Assembly (NCBI GenBank): GCA_034670305.1
Contig: JAXMNT010000041.1
Span: forward strand, 9,862 to 73,861
Reading direction: 5' to 3'
DNA from: Deltaproteobacteria bacterium
GTDB lineage: Bacteria; Myxococcota_A; Polyangia; Polyangiales; Houyiibacteriaceae
DNA length: 64,000 bases
Position numbers and translations under genes: made by a program. Each line of letters opens with the position of its first letter. Positions within the stretch are counted from its first letter, which is position 1. Positions 56,474 to 64,000 of the stretch are shown piece by piece. The notes under the pieces were generated by a model. It ran no database searches. It was not told the DNA's origin and saw nothing but the letters and a program-made list of their open reading frames with translations.

Positions 56474-58144
56474 TCAGCGGGGGAGCCGCCGGGGCGGTGG
56501 GTCGGGCGCGAAGGGCGGGGCGTCGGTGCGCGCAGGGCTCGGGGCGGTTCGTTCCACCAGCCGAGGCAGGCCGCTCGCGACGGTGTAGCCGATGGCGAAA
56601 CTGGCCTCGCCCTGATCGGCGCGCACTCCGTCCACGACGAAGTAGTCCGTCAGGAGCTCGCCCGCGCTCAGGTCGAGGACGATCCAGCCGCGCTGTTTGA
56701 AGTTCACGTATCGAATGTGCGGGTTCGCGTCGTACGCGGCGTTCTCGATCGCCGTGCCGACGATGCCCTCGACGCCTGGGGAGGTCACGCCACTGGTGAC
56801 GAACTCGACCCCGATGGAGCCCATGCCGGTGTCCGGGTCGTAGCGCCCCGGGTCGTGGGGATCGGCGGTCAGCTCGAGCGCCCAGTGGGAGTGGATGTCG
56901 CCGGTCAGTACGACGGGGTTGTCGACGCCGTCGAGCGCTTCGAAGAGCCGGCGGCGTGCGTCTGGGTACCCGTCCCACTGATCGTAGTTGGTCGGGATGT
57001 AGCCGCCGTCCGAACTCTCCGAGTCCCACTGTCCGACCATCACCTGCTGGCCGAGCAGCTTCCATGTGGCGGTCGACTCCGCGAGTTGCTCGGCGAGCCA
57101 GAGCTCCTGGTCGGCGCCTAGGATCGAACGGGTCGGATCCAGGCCGAGCTCGGCACGGCCGATCTGTTCGTCGCGCCCCCACAGCCGGGTGTCGAGCAAC
57201 AGGATGTCCGCCATGGTGCCGTACGAGAGCTTGCGCCAGATCTTCCCCGGCTCGTCCGAGCGGATCGGCATCCACTCGAGGTAGGCCTGGTACGCCACCG
57301 CCTTGCGTGCGCCCCAGTCGCCTTCGGACGCGTCGTGGTTCTCCGCTCCATCGCGGTGGGCGTTGTTCGCGCTCTCGTGGTCGTCCCACACGCACAGGAA
57401 CGGATGCTGTTGGTGTACCGCCTGAAGATCCGGATCGCGCCGGTACTGCGCGTAGCGCCGCCGGTAGTCCTCGATCGAAACGATCTCGTGGTCCGGTTCG
57501 TAGGGGCGCTCGTCGCCGTAGCCACCGGTCGCGTACTCGTAGATGTAGTCGCCGAGGAACAAACACGCGTCCACGTCGAGCTCCGAGACGTGGCGGTACA
57601 CGTGGAAGTACCCATGCGCGAGGCTCGCGCAGCTCATCACCGCGAAACGGAGCCGGTCCACCTCCAGGGCGGGTGCGGTCTTGGTGCGTCCCACCAAGCT
57701 CGAGAACGCGCCGGACTGGAACTGGAAGTAGTAGGTGGTCGAAGGGTCGAGTCCAGCCGCGTCGATCTTCACCGTCCAGTCGCGGGATGCATCGGTGGTC
57801 ACGGTGTCGGTCAAGACCACGTCCGTGAGCGCCGCATCGGTGGCGACGATCAGATCGACGTCCGCGTCTGCTGGCAGGGGGGCGTCCGGGGTGAACCGTG
57901 TCCAGAGCACCACGGCATCGGGCACCGGGTCCCCACTCGCGACGCCATGCACGAAACCAACCGTGGGAAGAGGGGGCAGCGGCGGGCCCGCATCGGTGCC
58001 TGCGTCAGCGACGGGTGCGTCGCTGGAAACGTCCGGCACCGCGGCGTCGATCGGTGTGCCGTCGTCGTCTCCGCACCCGACCCCCACGACCGTGCCGAGC
58101 CCGACGAGCCCAGTGCGTTTCAACCAATCGCGACGTTTGATCAT
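56474..58144 (-). CDS. phoD: Alkaline phosphatase D family, Tat-exported lipoprotein
   Basis: KRRDWL twin-arginine and VGC; FVHGVASGDP, LGDYIYE, WDDHE, LLDTR, DQWDGY, LTGDIH. Confidence 0.94.
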   Translation of the reverse strand: MIKRRDWLKRTGLVGLGTVVGVGCGDDDGTPIDAAVPDVSSDAPVADAGTDAGPPLPPLPTVGFVHGVASGDPVPDAVVLWTRFTPDAPLPADADVDLIVATDAALTDVVLTDTVTTDASRDWTVKIDAAGLDPSTTYYFQFQSGAFSSLVGRTKTAPALEVDRLRFAVMSCASLAHGYFHVYRHVSELDVDACLFLGDYIYEYATGGYGDERPYEPDHEIVSIEDYRRRYAQYRRDPDLQAVHQQHPFLCVWDDHESANNAHRDGAENHDASEGDWGARKAVAYQAYLEWMPIRSDEPGKIWRKLSYGTMADILLLDTRLWGRDEQIGRAELGLDPTRSILGADQELWLAEQLAESTATWKLLGQQVMVGQWDSESSDGGYIPTNYDQWDGYPDARRRLFEALDGVDNPVVLTGDIHSHWALELTADPHDPGRYDPDTGMGSIGVEFVTSGVTSPGVEGIVGTAIENAAYDANPHIRYVNFKQRGWIVLDLSAGELLTDYFVVDGVRADQGEASFAIGYTVASGLPRLVERTAPSPARTDAPPFAPDPPPRRLPR

Positions 58145-59376
58145 GCGTCCTCCGGCACCTCGTTGCGGCGCACTACTGCGGTTCCCGCAGCACCGCCGAC
58201 CGTGTGCGCAGCTGGGGGCACCGCTGCATCGGCGGTGTGACCGCTCTGTGTCGTTTGCCGGCTCTGATCACCGGGAGGCCGCGATCGACCGCGCGCCGAG
58301 AGGAAAAGAGGCCGCTCGAGCAGAGCCTCGACGTGGACCCGCGCGGCGTCGAATACCTGGCCTGCGTCGACGTCGGCGTCGAGGCGGACGAACGCCCAGC
58401 CGCGCCGCTCGAACGAGGCCTCGACCGCGGTTGCGATCTGCCGCTGGCGTGGCGTCTCGCTTCCCTTGCGGAGCACGAAGCGAAGATCGTGCGAGGCGGA
58501 CAGCGGCGGATCGGAGAATGTCTTGCCGGCATGGCGTCGCTCGGCGGCACTGCGCGCCCACGCCAGCAGCTGGGTCGCGCCGGTGTCGCAGAAGAGCAAC
58601 CGGTTCGCCTGCGCGGCGGCTGCGTCTTCGGTGGCCTGCTGCATCCGGATCAACATCCCGACGTCCTCTTCCGAGACCCGGTCCACGTGTTCGTTCCAGG
58701 TGCGTGCGTATTCGGGCACCGAGCGCGTTTGGTAGTGCGCGCCGAGGCGCGCAACGAGCGTGCTCTTGCCGACGCCCCCGCCCCCGAAACACGCCACGCG
58801 TCGCACGACGTCTGCGCGGGCGGCGGGCAGCACGTGCGCGAAGTGTGTCATCGGATCGTTGAAGAGCGCGCTGCTCGAGATCGGCACGGCCGCTCGGTCC
58901 GGATCCACGAGGCGGTGGGGCACCGAGAACGCGCGGGCGAGGGCGGCGCCGGAGTCGGCCTCCGACGAGAACACGACCCCAGGCGGCGTCCGAAGCGACC
59001 GCGCCACGGTCTGCGCCGCCGCGTGCCAATCCTCCACCACGCCCAGAGCGACCTGGACGATCTGCGCGTCGGGGAACGTGCGCCGCAGCCAGTCGGCGCG
59101 CAGCGTCCACGGAAGTCGGTCGGTCGCGCGGGTGCACAGCGCGATGGTGGTGCGCTTGGCCAACCTCGGATCGCCTGCGGTGGCGATCAGGTGTTGGTGG
59201 CCCGCGTGTGGCGGATCAAAGCGTCCCGCGACGAGCGCGGACTCGAACACGGCGGGCCACTGCATGGGTGCCGGGACCGGCGGCGCCTGGACTTCGTCTT
59301 CGGGCGGCGGCTTGGGGGGCTCCGGCGGATCGTAGGGCTGCCAGTCCCCACCCCCGGTCCACGATCGTTTCGACAT
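58141..59376 (-). CDS. NadR-like nucleotidyltransferase / P-loop kinase fusion (no HTH)
   Basis: GRFDPPHAGH (HxGH), VPISSS, GGGGVGKSTL, VPEYAR, LFCDT; start MSKRSW at 59376. Confidence 0.82.
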   Translation of the reverse strand: MSKRSWTGGGDWQPYDPPEPPKPPPEDEVQAPPVPAPMQWPAVFESALVAGRFDPPHAGHQHLIATAGDPRLAKRTTIALCTRATDRLPWTLRADWLRRTFPDAQIVQVALGVVEDWHAAAQTVARSLRTPPGVVFSSEADSGAALARAFSVPHRLVDPDRAAVPISSSALFNDPMTHFAHVLPAARADVVRRVACFGGGGVGKSTLVARLGAHYQTRSVPEYARTWNEHVDRVSEEDVGMLIRMQQATEDAAAAQANRLLFCDTGATQLLAWARSAAERRHAGKTFSDPPLSASHDLRFVLRKGSETPRQRQIATAVEASFERRGWAFVRLDADVDAGQVFDAARVHVEALLERPLFLSARGRSRPPGDQSRQTTQSGHTADAAVPPAAHTVGGAAGTAVVRRNEVPEDA

Positions 59377-59432
59377 GCGCCAAGGTACCAAGCTCCGCGG
59401 GGCAACCGAATGGCCCCCCGATACGGGAGTCA

Positions 59433-60527
59433 TCAGGCGCCGCGCCAGCGGAGGGGAAGTGTCGCGTGGCCACAGAGAAAGTCGCTGATGCGCGGCGTGG
59501 GCGCGCCGGCGATCACCGGGCGGATCCGAAGCGTGTCGAGGGTTTCGAGCACGGCCCGAAGCACGCTGCGCGCCCAGGCTTCGCCGAGGCAGCGGTGCGG
59601 TCCGGCGCCGAACGCCAGGTGCGGGTTGGGGCGCCGGTCCAGTCGGAGTGCGTGTGGCGCTTCGAACACCACTGGGTCTCGGTTGGCGAGGCCGAAGAAG
59701 ACCACCACTTGAGCGCCCTCCGGCAGCGCTCGACCGGCGAGCCAGAGATCGCAGCGCGTGGTTCTCGCGAACTGTCGGATCGGGGACGCGAGGCGGAGGA
59801 GTTCGTCGACGGCCAGCGCGCCGGTCACTGGGTCGTCCGTCGGGCCGGCCTCTGCGAGCAACCGGAGCGCCGATGCGACGGCGTCCACCACGGTGACCCA
59901 GCCCGCTTGCAGCATCAGTTTGAGCAGGCCGGTGTCTTCCGATGGGTCGCCTCCGGCCGGAACTGGGCAGCTTGCGATGGTCTCCATCAGCGATCGGTTC
60001 GCCTCTTCGACCTCGCCCCGGTGCGCGGGGCAGTCCAACCGAAGAAGGCGGGCTGCGGCCTCGTGCGACTTCGCCGACGCGTGCCCGACCGCGTGCAAAC
60101 GTTTTGGATCCTGACCGAGCGCACACGCCAACAGGTCGCTCGCGATCGGTTCCGCGAGCGCCTTCACCGCGTCGAAGGCGCCGTGGCGGGTGTCGAGTGC
60201 GCGCGTCTGTACGATCTGCCGGACGAGGTCTCGGTCGACGGCTCGGAGCAGTTCGCGTCCGCGGGCACGGGGCGTCGTGTGGGCGGGCGGGTCGAGGTTG
60301 TGCAGCAGTCGGTCGGTGCCCGGAGGCCGCTGTCGAAGCGGCCTCGTGCCTCGAAACGACGAGTACCAGTCGGGATGCGTGAGCACCTCGAGCGCCGGCG
60401 CGTGATCGACCACGGCCCAGTACCCGGCCCGCGGCGCGCTCTGCGGCCGCGCGACGAAGAAGACCGGCGCGCCTCGATCGTAGTCTCGCTCGGTCCCTCC
60501 GTCGGCGAAGAAGCGAAGCGGATCCAT
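59433..60527 (-). CDS. Cytochrome P450
   Basis: LDPPAH, VDELLR (ExxR), ANRDP..F, HLAFGAGPHRCLG; ATG 60527 overlaps the upstream TGA. Confidence 0.93.
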   Translation of the reverse strand: MDPLRFFADGGTERDYDRGAPVFFVARPQSAPRAGYWAVVDHAPALEVLTHPDWYSSFRGTRPLRQRPPGTDRLLHNLDPPAHTTPRARGRELLRAVDRDLVRQIVQTRALDTRHGAFDAVKALAEPIASDLLACALGQDPKRLHAVGHASAKSHEAAARLLRLDCPAHRGEVEEANRSLMETIASCPVPAGGDPSEDTGLLKLMLQAGWVTVVDAVASALRLLAEAGPTDDPVTGALAVDELLRLASPIRQFARTTRCDLWLAGRALPEGAQVVVFFGLANRDPVVFEAPHALRLDRRPNPHLAFGAGPHRCLGEAWARSVLRAVLETLDTLRIRPVIAGAPTPRISDFLCGHATLPLRWRGA

Positions 60528-61543
60528 CACACCCTCGGCCGCATGTACACGGTCAGTCGGGGTCGACCATCGATGTGCTGCAACGAGACGAAGTGGTGCA
60601 CCAGGTCTTGCGCCGCCAGCGCCTCGTAGGGCGACGGGTCGATGCCCAGATCGGCCGCGACGCGGGCCAGTCGTGGTTCGTCGCTGTTCAATGAACGATG
60701 CAGGGCCACCCGTTCGACGGCCTGGTCGTGTGTCGCGGGACAACCGCTGGCGAGCGTGTGCCCGACCAACCACCGCTCGCTTCCAGCGCCTCCGCAGACG
60801 CCCAGAAACGTCTCCCAGCCCGGTCCGTCGTCCAGGAGCAGCTGGGACCGCAGCGTCCGCCGGTCGATCGCGGGGTGCAGGGTGTACAGCTTGACCGGCC
60901 CCTCGGGTTCGAGGTGCACACACAAGACCGTCTCGTCGGCGGTTGCTGCGAGCTCTGTGCCGTTCGTGCGGGTCGTGGCACCCATCTCTGCGCCCATCTC
61001 TGCGCCCATCTCTGTGCACCGGGCCCGCAGCCGATGAAGCGCCACACCTCGTCCGAGCGCGACCGCCGCTTGCTTGGTCTGCGCCGGCCGCCCGCGCGTG
61101 CTCAGGTACACCCGGTGGCGTGGCGGCGCGTGCGCGCCGAACGCGACCGCGAACCAGATCCGAAACGGCGAACGCGGACCCGGCCGCAACGTCTCCGCGA
61201 CCCGCTCGAACGGAGACACATCGGTCCCCGGCTGGGTGCCGATGAAGTCCACCATGCGCCGCCCGACCTCGAAGTAGCGGTCCGCGTCGTCGACCTCGGC
61301 CTGCGCCTCGAGAAACACCCGAAGCTCTGGCGCGCCCTCGCCGCAGACCACCGAGAGACCGGTGGGGATCCGATGGCCGAGCCCCGACGCGAGCAGTGGT
61401 TGGTCCGCCGTCCGGCCTGCCCACGCGTTCGGTGCACAAAGCGTCTGCAGCAGGTCGCGGTGTTCGTCGGCGCGGCCGATGCCGATCGTGCGGGCGACCG
61501 CCTCGAATCGGGCGCAGAGCGCCTCCAGTCGCCGCGTGCTCAC
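60527..61543 (-). CDS. DMATS/ABBA-type aromatic prenyltransferase-like protein
   Basis: APELRVFLEAQ, FERV, RIWFAV, HRVYL, VKLY, RLTVYM in the order expected for bacterial Trp_DMAT-family proteins (from memory); GTG 61543 overlaps the upstream stop. Confidence 0.68.
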   Translation of the reverse strand: MSTRRLEALCARFEAVARTIGIGRADEHRDLLQTLCAPNAWAGRTADQPLLASGLGHRIPTGLSVVCGEGAPELRVFLEAQAEVDDADRYFEVGRRMVDFIGTQPGTDVSPFERVAETLRPGPRSPFRIWFAVAFGAHAPPRHRVYLSTRGRPAQTKQAAVALGRGVALHRLRARCTEMGAEMGAEMGATTRTNGTELAATADETVLCVHLEPEGPVKLYTLHPAIDRRTLRSQLLLDDGPGWETFLGVCGGAGSERWLVGHTLASGCPATHDQAVERVALHRSLNSDEPRLARVAADLGIDPSPYEALAAQDLVHHFVSLQHIDGRPRLTVYMRPRV

Positions 61544-62589
61544 GGAGCGCTCGGGTCGCGGCTCGGGTCGTCGCACGCTCGCGGATCGCTCCCGCGGGTC
61601 GATCGGTGCTCCTCGAAGTCTGGGTGATGCCACCCCCACGCCACCTCGAAGAGGTGACGGCTGTCTCGGACCAAGTGGAGCTCGACCACCACCTCGTCGC
61701 CCGTTCGCACGATGCGTGGCGTCAGCGGAAAGAACACCTGGCGCCACCCCGTCTGCGGATCGGCGGGGCCGGTCGCGAGCCGGTGGGCGTCGGTCAGGTC
61801 CGCGTCGAACCACGCACCGATCCCGTGCACCACCGCGTCTCGGCCGACCCGCAAGTGCGCGCGACCGTGCCGCTCGGCCTCCGGTGCGCCGTCGCGCAGA
61901 TCGACCTCGAGCAACACGGCGGCGTCGCTCGCGAGTTCCTCTTGCGCCAGGACCACCTGAAAGAAGTTGGAGCGGAGAACGTCGCTCAAGGCGCTCAGAT
62001 CGAGCCCATGCCGGGGTACTTCGAAGCGGTCGACGAACGCGTGGCATGCGGGGCTCTCGACCAGCGCACCCATCGTGCGAACTCGGCGCGGCAGCACGTG
62101 CCCGTCCGGCTTCAAGCAGCGCGCCCGAAGCCGCATCACGTCGTCGATCATCGTACTGCCGAGACCGAACACCCCGAAGCACTCCGAGACGATCGCATCG
62201 AGTGGCGGAAGCACTGCGTCGTCCGAGTGCACCCCGAGCACCGTGACCGCATCCGCGCCGTTGTCGCGACATACGTGGGCGCAGATCTCCGCCATCGGGG
62301 TGTGTTCCACCGCGAACACCGATCGCGCACCCGCGCGTGCGGCCGCGACCGAGAGCAGCCCAGAGCCAGCGCCGAGGTCGCACACCACGTCACCCGGTTG
62401 CACGCACGCGCGCACGGCCTCGACCATCGTTTCGCACCGGACCGTGTCGTCCAGCAGCGGGCCGTGGTGATCGGCGACGCCGGGGTAGCCCGCGAGCATC
62501 CGGCGGAAACGGATCTTCGACTGGTCCTCGGGTCGCTGCACCTCGCTAGGTGGGGCTGCGCTTGGGAAGAACAGCAGTGCGTGTTTCAT
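61540..62589 (-). CDS. PRMT-like (protein arginine methyltransferase fold) SAM-dependent methyltransferase
   Basis: HGPLLDDTVR, VCDLGAGSGLLS..AARAGA, AVE, DAIVSE, LKPDG..LP, beta-barrel VHGIGAWFD, TGP..PQTGWRQ. Confidence 0.85.
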   Translation of the reverse strand: MKHALLFFPSAAPPSEVQRPEDQSKIRFRRMLAGYPGVADHHGPLLDDTVRCETMVEAVRACVQPGDVVCDLGAGSGLLSVAAARAGARSVFAVEHTPMAEICAHVCRDNGADAVTVLGVHSDDAVLPPLDAIVSECFGVFGLGSTMIDDVMRLRARCLKPDGHVLPRRVRTMGALVESPACHAFVDRFEVPRHGLDLSALSDVLRSNFFQVVLAQEELASDAAVLLEVDLRDGAPEAERHGRAHLRVGRDAVVHGIGAWFDADLTDAHRLATGPADPQTGWRQVFFPLTPRIVRTGDEVVVELHLVRDSRHLFEVAWGWHHPDFEEHRSTRGSDPRACDDPSRDPSAP

Positions 62590-62649
62590 GGGCAGCACTG
62601 CGACTCCCGCCAGTACCGCGTCGCTTCCAGCGCTTCGGTGGCAACGTGC

Positions 62650-63840
62650 TCACGGCTGACACGTGGACCCGCCGGTGGCGGCGGACCGGCAGGTGAGCCC
62701 CGTCGGACACAATCGGTCGAGCGTGCACAGCCGGGTGCAGAAGCCACTCGGGTCGCACAGGCCGCTGTGGCACTGCGGTCCAAGCGTGCACGCTTCGCCG
62801 AGGTCGAGGCCGGTGGTCACGTCCTGACAGACCAGGACCACGCCGCCGCCGCCGTCGTCGGTCGGCACACACGCGAGCCCTTCGCCGCAGCCGGTCGACT
62901 CGCCGCATCCTTGGGTGCACACGTCGCGCATCGCGTCGTCTTCCAGACAGATGCCGCTTCGGCATTGGTTCGCCTCCCCGGTGAACACGCACATGTCCGC
63001 GATGGCGTCGTCGCCGATCACCGCCGCGTTGGGCGCGCAGACGCCGCCCATGCACGTGTACTCGAGGCCCGCGATCGTGCGCGGGCAGTCCGATGGCCTG
63101 CGGCAGTTGGAGGTGCATCCTTGGCCGCTCGCCAAACACAGTCCGGTCGAACAGCGCGCGCAGGGCCGTTCGATGTCAACGCACACGAACGCGCCGCCCG
63201 CGTCGGCGCAGGCGAACCCCGCCGGGCAGTCCGCCGCGCTGTCGCAGCGCCGGGTGCACTCCCCTACGCCCGTCATCGGGTTGCCCGCGCACAGGTTCAG
63301 CGCGCAGTCGGACGCTTCGTCGCAGATGCCGCCGACGTCGTCGGGTACACATTGCCCCGTCGCACAGACGTGTTCGCTCGCACACTCGGCGTCGGTCGCG
63401 CAGGTGCGGGAACAGAACCGGGTCGATCCCTCGTCGTCGACGCAGCGGCCCGAAGTGCAGTCGCCCGGCACGAGACATCGATCGAGGTAGGTGCCGGGTA
63501 CGGATGCGTCAGTGCCCGCGTCCGGAACGAACGCGTCGGTGCCAGCGTCCACACCGGGCGCATCGATGGGTACGAAGGTGTCGGGGCCGGCATCGACTGG
63601 GCCGCCCGAGTCCAGGCCCCCCGAGTCGACGCCACTGTCTGGGCCACCCGGCCCGAGACACTGGCCGAGGTCGTTGCAGGACTCGCCGTCTTCGCAGTCG
63701 AAGTCCTCGCGGCAGTCCTGCCGGCACGTGTCGCGATCGCAGTAGTGCTGGCGCGGACACTCGCTGTGGAACGCACAGGGATCCTCCCCACACGCGCCCA
63801 AAGCCACACCGAACACCAACCCCAAGACCCAGCTCCGCAT
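62650..63840 (-). CDS. Myxobacterial Cys-rich repeat lipoprotein
   Basis: MRSWVLGLVFGVALGAC lipobox; repeated C..DC.SG.C and FCSRTC..DAEC units; DAG/DSG linker. Confidence 0.9.
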   Translation of the reverse strand: MRSWVLGLVFGVALGACGEDPCAFHSECPRQHYCDRDTCRQDCREDFDCEDGESCNDLGQCLGPGGPDSGVDSGGLDSGGPVDAGPDTFVPIDAPGVDAGTDAFVPDAGTDASVPGTYLDRCLVPGDCTSGRCVDDEGSTRFCSRTCATDAECASEHVCATGQCVPDDVGGICDEASDCALNLCAGNPMTGVGECTRRCDSAADCPAGFACADAGGAFVCVDIERPCARCSTGLCLASGQGCTSNCRRPSDCPRTIAGLEYTCMGGVCAPNAAVIGDDAIADMCVFTGEANQCRSGICLEDDAMRDVCTQGCGESTGCGEGLACVPTDDGGGGVVLVCQDVTTGLDLGEACTLGPQCHSGLCDPSGFCTRLCTLDRLCPTGLTCRSAATGGSTCQP

Positions 63841-63880
63841 CGTCCGCAGCTTACCCCATGCCGCTCCGGAGGCGTTGCTA

Positions 63881-63923
63881 GCAGGTTGCTGAAGAACGCC
63901 CGCAGGGCGTTCTCGCAGCCTGC
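63881..63923. repeat. Palindrome resembling abutted IS terminal inverted repeats, or a simple hairpin
   Basis: GCAGGTTGCTGAAGAACGCCC-GCA-GGGCGTTCTCGCAGCCTGC, preceded by CTAG. Confidence 0.6.
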
Positions 63924-63957
63924 CCCTTGCCCCTGCCCTTGCCTTTGCCCTTGCCCG
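63922..63957. repeat. (GCCCTT)-type hexamer tract
   Basis: Same unit family as 8597 and 30012. Confidence 0.8.
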
Positions 63958-64000
63958 CGGATCAGCGGTCAGATCGCTTGATCAGCGCGACGAGCATCGC

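Noticed and set aside
56474-59376. NadR-like and phoD genes as part of the methyltransferase/prenyltransferase/P450 pathway
   Set aside because: Co-oriented, but separated from the P450 by a 56-nt gap and explained by NAD salvage and phosphate scavenging; no evidence of shared function.
1-64000. tRNA, rRNA, integrase or transposase genes
   Set aside because: No recognisable cloverleaf, rRNA segment or recombinase/transposase motifs found by eye.

Overview
GC-rich bacterial chromosomal segment with the gene content of a myxobacterium (Myxococcota, Polyangiales/Sandaracinaceae-like; inferred from three Hanks-type Ser/Thr kinases, many Cys-rich lipoproteins, a TIGR02266-type PilZ protein and an AgmX/PglI-C-like domain). 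About 40 real CDS can be supported; most entries in the ORF track are antisense or off-frame shadows, and the gene at the left edge (minus strand, 2605 to <1) is missing from the track. Recognisable genes include recF, a PolX-PHP protein, ftsK, gshB, two ggt-family genes, folK, pirin, an Hsp70, phoD, a NadR-like protein and a CHASE histidine kinase/response regulator pair. I found no rRNA, tRNA, CRISPR array or intact transposase. Most notable: (1) a perfect (CTCA)10 tract inside a lipoprotein signal-peptide sequence that currently frameshifts the gene OFF, at the head of an operon with two paralogous Cys-rich lipoproteins (candidate phase-variable locus); (2) a translationally coupled PRMT-like methyltransferase / DMATS-like prenyltransferase / cytochrome P450 trio in which all three enzymes appear to have altered catalytic signatures; (3) a GHKL ATPase fused to a WLM/SprT-like HEXXH protease, divergent from a PolX lacking its catalytic aspartates; (4) an ECF-sigma/anti-sigma-like fusion upstream of recF; (5) two families of dispersed non-coding repeats: ordered hexamer microsatellite cassettes with G-quadruplex potential, and a ~70-nt element that twice sits in-frame in lipoprotein N-termini. 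All family assignments are by eye from motifs, not from database searches.
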